Source of the DNA: Sphingobacteriales bacterium
GTDB lineage: Bacteria > Bacteroidota > Bacteroidia > UKL13-3
Assembly: GCA_021299635.1 (NCBI GenBank)
Contig: JAJTFA010000003.1
Location: 145,795 to 209,794 of the forward strand
Direction: 5' to 3'
Length of the DNA stretch: 64,000 bases
Part shown: positions 8,400-16,900 of the stretch, piece by piece
Position numbering within the stretch: position 1 is the first letter of the stretch
Layout: each line of letters opens with the position of its first letter
Position numbers and translations under genes: made by a program
The notes under the pieces: generated by a model
Databases searched by the model: none
Seen by the model: the letters and a program-made list of their open reading frames with translations, nothing else
What the model was told of the DNA's origin: nothing

Positions 8400-9716
8400 A
8401 TGAATACTTCACAAGAATTTATATCCATACAAAGGCAGGTTTTAAGCACCTTAATTCAGCACCCGCATTTATTTGGGCGGTATGCAGAAAAAATACGTTT
8501 AGTGTATTTTACTGAGCCTGCTTTTAAGCAATTGCTCTTGGTCATGCGTTCTTTAAATCAAGCCTATGCAACATTTGATCTTCACTTGCTGAGAAATGAA
8601 TTGAAGAAAGAATCGGAAGAAGCAAATCTTGTCTTGGTTGATGAAATGGCTAATGAGATTGCGGAGCAAGCAGATTTAGAAATTAAGTTGAATGCTTTAA
8701 AGGAGTATACCACTCGAAAGATGTTTTTTGAGTTGGGCGAAACACTTTTTAATAAAAGCATGGATTCTGATATACCTGTTGCTGATTTGCAAACGACCTT
8801 ATCAAATTGTATGCAAGTATTATCTGGTATGCAATCCGTTGGCAATACCGAAAGCTTGAAAGAAATTTTGAATCGAATTAAAATCTCTTCTGAGTCAGAT
8901 GAGTCTTATACTTGGTTCGACTCCAATCTGCAGGCGCATTTGGGAAGCATTGAGTCGGGAGAATTAATTGTAATTGGTGCTCGACCAGGTATTGGCAAAA
9001 CGGCATTCTTGCATACACAACTGCTTCATTTGGCATCTCATCATCAAGCACCAGTCGGTTATATCAATATTATAGAAAACGAACGTGCGCTGATTGCAAA
9101 GTTGCTTAAGGCTTCAGGTGAAGATTTAACAAAAGCGGAAAACGAGAATTTATCTTTAAACGGCAAAACCTGGCCTATATATCTATGCAGTAATTTAGGA
9201 GGTACCCAATTAAAAGATATCAAAAATGCGGCAAACTTTCTTAAGTATAAATATGATATAAAAGTGTTGGCAATTGACTGTTTTCAGCAAATTACCTATC
9301 AGTCTAAAATGAATTATCGTGATTATGAATTAGGCATGGTTGTCCAGGAATTGAAAAAAATAGCCAAAGAACTTGATATAGCCATCTTACTAACCTCACA
9401 ACTCAACAGATCAGCTGAAAGAAGAGGTTATGTGGCGATTCCAATGCTTTGCGACCTTAAAGAAACCGGTTATTTGGAGGAGGTAGCAGATAAGGTTTTG
9501 CTGCTTCACCGATATGCCTATTATGGTATAAATGTATATGAAGATGGTACGCCTACCGGTAATGACAGCAATGTTTTGATAGCTAAAAATAAGTATGGAA
9601 AATCGGGTAAGGTGTTATTATCATTTGATAGTAAGTTGGGGAAGTTTTTGCCTAAAGCACAACCACTGCCTATGGTGTTTGAGTTTCCGGCAAACAGGCT
9701 AACCGATTTGGAATAA
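8400..9716 (+). CDS. Divergent DnaB-family (RecA-fold, hexameric-type) helicase, candidate retron partner/effector
   Basis: 438 aa with an ATG start. It has a DnaB-N-like helical N-terminus. Motifs are Walker A GARPGIGKT (nt 8976-9002), Walker B-like VLAIDCFQQI, a DnaB-like LTSQLNRSAERRG segment and CDLKETGYLEEVADKVLLLHR (compare DnaB SDLRESGxIEQDAD). It seems shorter than the replicative DnaB of this phylum as I recall it, and I do not see the N-terminal signature I associate with replicative DnaB. A TAATTTTG motif (8376-8383) lies 17 nt upstream. The stop is 18 nt before the retron ncRNA. Confidence 0.75.
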   Translation: MNTSQEFISIQRQVLSTLIQHPHLFGRYAEKIRLVYFTEPAFKQLLLVMRSLNQAYATFDLHLLRNELKKESEEANLVLVDEMANEIAEQADLEIKLNALKEYTTRKMFFELGETLFNKSMDSDIPVADLQTTLSNCMQVLSGMQSVGNTESLKEILNRIKISSESDESYTWFDSNLQAHLGSIESGELIVIGARPGIGKTAFLHTQLLHLASHHQAPVGYINIIENERALIAKLLKASGEDLTKAENENLSLNGKTWPIYLCSNLGGTQLKDIKNAANFLKYKYDIKVLAIDCFQQITYQSKMNYRDYELGMVVQELKKIAKELDIAILLTSQLNRSAERRGYVAIPMLCDLKETGYLEEVADKVLLLHRYAYYGINVYEDGTPTGNDSNVLIAKNKYGKSGKVLLSFDSKLGKFLPKAQPLPMVFEFPANRLTDLE

Positions 9717-9734
9717 ACATATTCGGTGCACCAT

Positions 9735-9880
9735 TACACAAATACAATGAAGACATGCTAAAGTCTTGTAACTGTTGTTTCTGCAGTTGATTTAAAATAG
9801 CAGGTGGCAGCCAACGAACAAGTTTCACTTCGTTCACTTGTTCGTTGCTTCAGGGGGTTAAATAGATTGTATTTGTTGTA
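9735..9880 (+). ncRNA. Retron msr/msd non-coding RNA (template and primer for msDNA)
   Basis: a1 9735-9748 pairs with a2 9866-9880 (11 perfect bp acaaatacaat/attgtatttgt, plus 3 bp after a 1-nt bulge). G9749 directly follows a1, the position of the priming guanosine. Two short msr-like hairpins lie at 9750-9767 and 9770-9788. A perfect 12-bp msd-like stem caacgaacaagt(9812-9823)/acttgttcgttg(9836-9847) has a 12-nt loop. The RNA ends 2 nt before the RT ORF. Confidence 0.8.
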
Positions 9881-9882
9881 AT

Positions 9883-10917
9883 GTGTGCCCGATTTTTAAC
9901 GATGAATTTTTGGTGATGAGATCACTTGAAGAACTTTTAAAAATATTAGCAATTTCTTCGGAGCTTTTGCAACAATTACTTGCAGCACCGGAGTATACGA
10001 TATACCATATTTCCAAAAAAAGCGGAGGCACACGCACCATTCAGGCGCCTCAGGGATTGTTGCGTCAAACACAGGTTCTGCTGGCAAAGTACCTTCAGAC
10101 AGTTTATTCCCGCCATCACTTGCCATGCATACATGGATTTGTTCCATCAGCCGGTTTGCTAAAATATGGAGTTCTGTCAAATGCAGTACCTCATTTAAAT
10201 AAGCCCTTTGTATTAAATATGGATATTAAAAACTTTTTTGAAAGTATAACGGCAAAAAAAGTGAAGAAAAGCTTGTGTGAATTTCCATATTATTTTAATG
10301 AAGAAGTGGCAACAGCTATTGCATTGTTGTGCACGTATCAAAAACAATTGCCTACAGGCGCTCCTACTTCTCCCGTATTATCAAACATGGTATTTTATAT
10401 TCCGGATGTGGCTTTGTTGCAATGGATAACAGATGTGAACGAGACAAAGCAAATTGATGAAACAGGCATTAGTTATACCAGATATGCAGATGATTTAACT
10501 TTTTCAGGATCGGCAAATCTGGTGCTTTCACTGCAGGCTCGCATCATATCATTTTTTGCTACTGAGGGATTTGAAATCAATGCAAAAAAAACAAGGGCAC
10601 AAACACCTCATGGACCTCAATGGGTGACGGGAATAAAGGTGAATGAAAGATTAAACATTAGCAGGTATTATATCAGAAACCTGAGAGCTGTCATACATCA
10701 GATGCGGGTTCATGCTGCAGAAGCTGTTGTGTGCAGGTATTTAAAATTACCGGCTACAACGCAAATAAATACTGCGCATGTAAAAAAGATGTTGAGCAGT
10801 GTACAATCAAAAATAGCATGGGTAGGAATGGTAAGAGGCAAAGCAGACCCGATATATCTGCGTTTACAAACTCAATTTAATGTAGCAAGGGAGGTGATGC
10901 TGGTAAAAGAATCTTGA
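9883..10917 (+). CDS. Retron-type reverse transcriptase
   Basis: 344 aa. RT motifs in order: KKSGGTRTIQAP, HGFVPSAG, NAVPHLNKPFVLNMDIKNFFESI, LPTGAPTSPVLSN, YADD (nt 10483-10494), GFEINAKKTR, and the retron-characteristic VTGIKVN. There is no maturase, endonuclease or other C-terminal domain. The start is GTG 9883, or alternatively ATG 9916. Confidence 0.85.
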   Translation: MCPIFNDEFLVMRSLEELLKILAISSELLQQLLAAPEYTIYHISKKSGGTRTIQAPQGLLRQTQVLLAKYLQTVYSRHHLPCIHGFVPSAGLLKYGVLSNAVPHLNKPFVLNMDIKNFFESITAKKVKKSLCEFPYYFNEEVATAIALLCTYQKQLPTGAPTSPVLSNMVFYIPDVALLQWITDVNETKQIDETGISYTRYADDLTFSGSANLVLSLQARIISFFATEGFEINAKKTRAQTPHGPQWVTGIKVNERLNISRYYIRNLRAVIHQMRVHAAEAVVCRYLKLPATTQINTAHVKKMLSSVQSKIAWVGMVRGKADPIYLRLQTQFNVAREVMLVKES

Positions 10918-10927
10918 AGGGGAATGC

Positions 10928-11200
10928 GGGAATTGGGTATTAGGTTTTGGGGTTTAGGTTTATGCAAGTTAATATTCAACAATGAGTATGCAGCTGTTAG
11001 CTGTTGGCCTTTGGCTGTTTGAGATTTTTTAACGGAGTAGCTAAAACTTGGGAATTGGGTGTTAGGTTTTGGGGTTTAGGTTTATGCAAGTTAATATTCA
11101 ACAATGAGTATGCAGCTTTTGGCTGTTGGCCTCTGGCTGTTTGAAGTTTTTTAACGTAGTGTCTAATGCTTGGGATTTGGGTATTAGGTGTTGATGATTT
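10928..11200 (+). repeat. 122-bp tandem direct repeat, about 2.2 copies
   Basis: gggaattgggtrttaggttttggggtttaggtttatgcaagttaatattcaacaatgagtatgcagc... starts at 10928 and again at 11050, nearly identical. A third truncated, diverged copy starts near 11172. No ORF. Confidence 0.8.
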
Positions 11201-11220
11201 GCGATTAAATTTAAATATCT

Positions 11221-11345
11221 AAATTACTCAATCTCCTAATTTTCTAATCTTTTAATCTTCTAATAACAAACCTTCTAATCTTTCAATCTTCTATTAACAA
11301 ACCTTCTAACCTTCTAATCTTTCAATCTTTTAATCTTCCAATCTT
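11221..11345 (+). repeat. Short-period tctaat/caatct repeat block, copy C of the intergenic repeat family
   Basis: ttctaatcttttaatcttctaataacaaaccttctaatctttcaatcttctattaacaaaccttctaaccttctaatctttcaatctt... has the same orientation as copy A and is inverted relative to copy B. It abuts the pyrF stop codon. Confidence 0.7.
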
Positions 11346-12152
11346 CTAATCTCCTACATACTGCGCCATTTCATCTGCCATTTTTTTAGCTTCGGCTGCA
11401 GCAGCTTCGGCAAAATCTTTACCTGATGAGGCATAGATGATGCTGCGTGAGGCATTGATAAGCAATCCGCAATCCTGATTCATGCCATATTTTACCACAT
11501 CGGCCAGACTGCCTCCTTGCGCACCCACACCGGGTACCAATAGAAAATGATCGGGGATGAGTTTACGAATATGAGCCAATTCCTCTGCTTTGGTTGCACC
11601 AACCACAAACATCAGGTTGCCTGTATTACCAATTTGTGTGGTAGTTGTAATCACATGCTCATATAACTTTCGGTTGCCAATAAGTTGCTGTTCATAGTCG
11701 GCACTGCCCGGATTGGATGTAAGCGCAAGTACAATGCCCCATCTGTTGTCGTAGGCAAAGAATGGTGCAATAGAATCTTTACCCATGTATGGTGCCAGTG
11801 TTACGGAATGAAATGGCAATGTTTCAAAGAATGCGCGTGCATACATATTGCTGGTATTGCCAATATCTCCTCTTTTGGCATCTGCTATGGTAAAGATATT
11901 TTCCGGTATGTGAAACAGGGTGCGCTCCATGCTTTCCCAACCCTTAACGCCATTGGCCTCATAAAATGCAGTGTTGATTTTATAACTAACACAGTAATCT
12001 TTGGTGGCATCAATAATGGCCTTATTAAATTCAAATACAGGATCATCCAGGTGTAATAAGTGTGACGGTATTTTTTTAATATCGGTATCTAGGCCTACAC
12101 ATAAAAAACTTTTTTTTAGTTTAATCTGCTTTATGAGTTCTGTTCTGTTCAT
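11346..12152 (-). CDS. pyrF: Orotidine 5'-phosphate decarboxylase (type 2)
   Basis: FLCVGLDTD, ADAKRGDIGNT and LLVPGVGAQGG motifs. The start is set at ATG 12150-12152 (MNRTELIKQI...). The longer ORF would overlap the upstream gene. Confidence 0.85.
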   Translation of the reverse strand: MNRTELIKQIKLKKSFLCVGLDTDIKKIPSHLLHLDDPVFEFNKAIIDATKDYCVSYKINTAFYEANGVKGWESMERTLFHIPENIFTIADAKRGDIGNTSNMYARAFFETLPFHSVTLAPYMGKDSIAPFFAYDNRWGIVLALTSNPGSADYEQQLIGNRKLYEHVITTTTQIGNTGNLMFVVGATKAEELAHIRKLIPDHFLLVPGVGAQGGSLADVVKYGMNQDCGLLINASRSIIYASSGKDFAEAAAAEAKKMADEMAQYVGD

Positions 12153-12156
12153 GTTT

Positions 12157-12822
12157 TTAAAATATAAAGCTGAATTCAAAAGCCATGTGCTGCAGGTTTT
12201 TGCCCTGATTTGCCGGTCCAACCGCAGGTAACAGGCCTTTATTAGCATCCAGTAATCCGTATTTTACAGCCAATTGAAATCCCACAAAAGGCGTATGAAA
12301 TTGTGCTCCCGCCATCACCATCAAATCATGCTTGTTTAGTGCAGGTGATAGAGACTCCTGAACCTGTGAATTTGTTTTAAACATAATGGAATTAAGCAGG
12401 TTTGCGTATTGAGCACCCACAAATACATTGCTTGTGTTTTTTTCATTGAGTCCGTACATCAGCAATACCGGTATATCAACAAAGTAAGTTCGTATGGTTC
12501 CGTATTCATCTACCTTATTACCAAACTTGCCTCCTCTGATGCTGATATTGGTCTCGGTTTGCAATGCCCAATGTGTGTTAAACCGATAGCGGAAATAGCC
12601 ACCACCAACCAAACCAAAAATAGGATACGGATTGATTGCTTCTTTGCCACCTATCATAAACAAGCCACAGCCTAATTTTACACCTAATTTTATTTTTTCG
12701 TTGATAGGAGGGATGACCAAAACACCCGGATCATCTTCTTCATTAGCCAGGCTGTCGGCTTCCTGGGCAAAGGCAGTCTGCAACAGCAATAAACAGGCGA
12801 TTAAAGCTAACAGGTATTTCAT
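12157..12822 (-). CDS. Outer-membrane beta-barrel (porin-family) protein
   Basis: Signal peptide MKYLLALIACLLLLQTAFA|QE, alternating beta-strand pattern, C-terminal ...FEFSFIF. ATG at 12820-12822. Confidence 0.65.
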   Translation of the reverse strand: MKYLLALIACLLLLQTAFAQEADSLANEEDDPGVLVIPPINEKIKLGVKLGCGLFMIGGKEAINPYPIFGLVGGGYFRYRFNTHWALQTETNISIRGGKFGNKVDEYGTIRTYFVDIPVLLMYGLNEKNTSNVFVGAQYANLLNSIMFKTNSQVQESLSPALNKHDLMVMAGAQFHTPFVGFQLAVKYGLLDANKGLLPAVGPANQGKNLQHMAFEFSFIF

Positions 12823-12869
12823 TATAAGCAAAACTAACTAAAAAAAAGAAGTGTCAACTTAATGTTTTA

Positions 12870-13868
12870 TTAAAAACCTGGAAACAATTCATCCGCATCC
12901 TCCTCTTCTCCGTTTTTACTTGTTTTAAATGCATTGCGGATATTGTTAAATGCAGGGAGCCAAATAATACCAGCCTGAATCAATATGGTTGGATGGGTAT
13001 CGGCACGATAATAAGTTACTCCATCCCTGTTTCCATCTTCGGTAAAAGTAATTCGTTGTTTAGTTATTAGGTAAATACCCGCCTGAAGCCGAAGGTTATT
13101 TTTTGCCTTGTAAATGCCTGCCAATCCTGTTTGTAAAGAGCGTAACCTGTGCACAGCAATGCTTGCATCAGTGCCAGCAAAATAATTTCTGTTCTCAAAA
13201 CGGTTGAAGCCACCATTGGGTCGCATTAACAATACAAGGCTCCATTGCTTGCTTAATGGTTGCCTGTAGGAAAGTTGCATAGGCAATAATACTGATAAGC
13301 GTGAACCACAGGTAAACTGATAACGTGCACCTAACAGGGGCAAGGCAAGTCCTTCGCCAAACTGAAACGTATAGGTGATGCCTGCTTGTGTAAGTAATTT
13401 GGGCGACCATCTATAGGAGTATATAAAAACAGAACTAAAACGCATGGCAGGGTTTGAAATGGTAAATTCATCTTCGTTCCATTGTGGTCTGATTTGTGCC
13501 AGCAGCAGGTGTTTGTTGCCAAAACCTGCATACCCTCCAACTCCTGCACCTGCACTGATGAGCAAACGCGATTGCTGCACAAGGCTGATATCTGCCTTGC
13601 TCAGTTGCAGCATTGGGTTTAAAAAGAATCCTAAGTTGGTGGCATTCTCTGCCCCGGTTACTTTAGACCACACAGGTATTAATGCGCCTACTTGCAAGGT
13701 TTGGTAAGCAAATGTTTGTTCTGAGCTGTCTTTTGCAGCAGCTATGCTGCGGTTGCCATATTCCAGTTGAATGCGGGTAAAGTTAAAACGGCCGGTTACC
13801 TTGCTTTGCGCGGTTACAAAAGCCAGCAACACCGTTTGAAAAAGGATAATTGAGAAAAATTTAAGCAT
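12870..13868 (-). CDS. Hypothetical outer-membrane beta-barrel-like protein
   Basis: Signal peptide ...LLAFVTA|QS, amphipathic strand pattern rich in aromatic/Gly residues, terminal Phe (..ELFPGF). I do not recognise a family. Confidence 0.5.
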   Translation of the reverse strand: MLKFFSIILFQTVLLAFVTAQSKVTGRFNFTRIQLEYGNRSIAAAKDSSEQTFAYQTLQVGALIPVWSKVTGAENATNLGFFLNPMLQLSKADISLVQQSRLLISAGAGVGGYAGFGNKHLLLAQIRPQWNEDEFTISNPAMRFSSVFIYSYRWSPKLLTQAGITYTFQFGEGLALPLLGARYQFTCGSRLSVLLPMQLSYRQPLSKQWSLVLLMRPNGGFNRFENRNYFAGTDASIAVHRLRSLQTGLAGIYKAKNNLRLQAGIYLITKQRITFTEDGNRDGVTYYRADTHPTILIQAGIIWLPAFNNIRNAFKTSKNGEEEDADELFPGF

Positions 13869-13942
13869 TTATTTGATGTGGCAGTGCGAATATTCAAATA
13901 TTTATTTATTAAATTCGGATTTAATTAACAACCACGCTTACT

Positions 13943-16900
13943 ATGAAAAATAACTTACTTATCTTAGCTATTCTTACTATATGCATGCAGCATGCGGGCG
14001 CACAAGTGCATAGCACTCCTGTGCATATAATTAATAACCTGCAGCACCAGCGCGTATGGAATGCACAAACACCAGCCGGTGCTTTTGGTAAAACCAGTAA
14101 TTGCGGGCCCGATACGGTAAACTACACCTTTAACAAAACTACGCAGTTTAACGCCATTGCATTAAACAATACAACCAGTGGAAATACCTTTTATCAGTGG
14201 TATCCTGCACCACAATCCTTAACCATTAATGGGTTTGATTTTTTTGCCTGGCAATCGGCTAGCACCAATGCTGTGGTGCCTGTTACCTGCAGGATTTACA
14301 GTGCAAGTATTATCGACTCTTTGCCCGCATATTCCGGAACACCTCCAACAACTAATCCACCGCTGGCTACGGTCATTGTGAATGTTGATTCAACTTTTGG
14401 TGGCGGGTTGTTATCTAATATGCGCAGAAGAGCAGTATTTAGCGCACCTGTAACAGTAACCGGTCCGTATATCATCAGCATTGAAAATAGCAGTGCAACA
14501 AACGTTTCTGTTATCACAAATAGCTGGACAGCAGGAAACGGTGCAAGTGAGTGGCTAAGTTCAGTTAGAATTGGAACTAATATTATCAGAAGTTATAATG
14601 TGAATGTAGGTGGTCCGGTTTTCAATGCCGATTTTATTTTCTGCCCCTACACCAGCTATTCACTCACGTCTGACTTTACGGTATCACCGGTATGTAATCA
14701 GGGAGGAAACCTTATGACCTATACCAATACTTCATCTCCAATAAATTTTAGCAGATTCTATAGCTTAAGGGCATTTCAAAATTTACCTCAATTCATGTTC
14801 ACCTGGGATTATGGTGATTCATCGGGAACCTTTTTTACAGTAAACGGTTCTCGCACGTATAATTATCGTGTGCCATATACAGTAAGTTTAAAAGATTCAA
14901 TTATTGGCTGGACAAGAGGCTGTGTTGATACGAGAACCAGGCTAATCAATCCGGCTCCGTCAACGCCAAATGCAAACAATAATGGCCCTTTATGTCAGGG
15001 CGCAACTTTACAACTTACAGCAGACTCAATTCCAGGCGCAACATATTACTGGACCGGTCCTAATAATTTTACATCCACGCTTCGCAATCCAGGTATTGCA
15101 GGGGTAACTTCTTTGCAGGTGGGTACATATAATGTAAGAGCCATCTCCGGTCAGTGCTCATCTATGGTGGCCAGTACCAATTTTAATATCATAGCTACAC
15201 CTAATGTGCAAAGCAACTCTCCACTATGTGTTGGCCAAACACTTAATCTGGCTGCTACTGCAATAACCGGTGCCGTGTATGCATGGAGTGGCCCCAATGG
15301 TTTTAGCTCGTCTCTCTCAAATCCTACCAAAGCAAATATGCAACAATCCGATACAGGCACTTACAGCGTTACCATGACGGTTCCAGGTTGTGGCGTAATC
15401 GGTCCATATACGGCTTATGTTGCGGTTAATCCGGTGCCACCAACCCCAACAGCAAGCAATAACGGGCCCTTATGTGCAGGTGATAATCTAAATTTAACGG
15501 CAAGTAGTTTTGCCGGAGGCAGCTATGCATGGACAGGACCTAATGGTTTCAGCTCTACACAGCAAAATCCAAGCAGACCAAATGTAACGACTCTTATGGC
15601 AGGATCATATTCGGTTACCTTAACGGCCAACGGATGTTCATCCCCTTCGGTATCAACCACAGTTAGTATTAATAATATTCCATCTCCGCCAACTGCAGGT
15701 AGCAACGGACCTTTATGCGCAGGACAGTCGTTGAGCTTAACGGCCACTTCCATTCCCGGAGCAACGTATACCTGGAGCGGCCCCAATAATTTCAGTTCCA
15801 CTTCTCAAAATCCTACCCGCACCAATGTGGGAACAATTGATGGGGGTGTATACAGCGTTTTTGCAACAGTAAATGGTTGTCCATCCACGACAGCAACCAT
15901 CAGTGTTAATATTACCAACAATACGCCAACTCCGGTGGCGGGTAGCAATGCTCCGCTTTGCCCCGGTCAGAATTTACAATTAACGGCTTCCAATATTACA
16001 GGAGCTACATATAGCTGGACTGGCCCAAATAGTTTCACATCAAACCTGCAAAATCCGGTTATTAATAATGTAACTGCTGGTCAGGCGGGGTTATATAGTG
16101 TTACGGCCACTACATCAGGTTGCGGAACATCTAGCCCTGGAACGGTAAATATTGCAGTTAATACATTACCGGCAGCACCAACAGCTTCTAACAATGGTAC
16201 ATTGTGTGATGGACAAAATATTAATCTTACCGCTTCAAATGTTACAGGAGGAACTTACAGCTGGACTGGCCCGAACGGTTTTACATCAACTGCCCAGAAT
16301 CCTGTTATAACCAATGCGAGTGCTTTAAAAGCGGGTAATTATTCTGTATCGGTAACAGTTGCAGGTTGCGGCACATCACCAGTTGGCAATACCAATGTTA
16401 TTGTTAGAAGAAATCCTGCCCAGCCTGCAATTACCGCCAATAATCAGGTTTGCTCAGGCGATACCTTACGCTTTTCTGCTTTAAGTAACGCTGTCGGTCC
16501 CAATGCAACATATGCATGGAGTGGTCCTGGTGGATATTCTTCCAGCAATAGAACCAATGAAATTGCAAATGTTTCAGCAGCTGCCAATGCAGGTACGTAT
16601 AGTGTTATTGCATCTGATTCTGGCTGTAGCTCACCACCGGCTTCGGTAACGGTTTCTGTAAAAGCCCTGCCTGCAACGCCTGTTGCCAGCAACGGTGGTA
16701 ATGTGTGTGAGGGAGCCAATATCAATTTATTTTCAACAACCATTGCAGGTGCAACCTATAAATGGATTGGTCCGAATGGATTTAGTTCAGGTGCCGAAGA
16801 TCCAATCATCATTGGCGTTACACCTGCTGCATCCGGTTCTTACACCGTTCAATCAATTGTAAATGGTTGTGCATCTGCTCCTGCAAGCACATCCGTTTTG

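Noticed and set aside
8400-9716. Simple annotation as the housekeeping replicative helicase dnaB
   Set aside because: This is not excluded, but it is disfavoured by the short length, the non-canonical N-terminus and the tight linkage to the retron RNA and RT. It is also bracketed by repeats between unrelated housekeeping genes. It cannot be resolved without the rest of the genome.
9883-10917. RT could be a group II intron maturase, DGR RT or Abi/DRT-type RT rather than a retron RT
   Set aside because: At 344 aa it has no X/maturase, DNA-binding or endonuclease extension. No group II intron RNA domains or IEP-flanking exon context are visible. I saw no template/variable repeat pair for a DGR, and the motif is LPTGAPTSP rather than the DGR-type I/LGxxxSQ. 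The retron-typical VTG motif and a convincing a1/a2-msr-msd structure immediately upstream favour a retron. This still needs phylogenetic confirmation.
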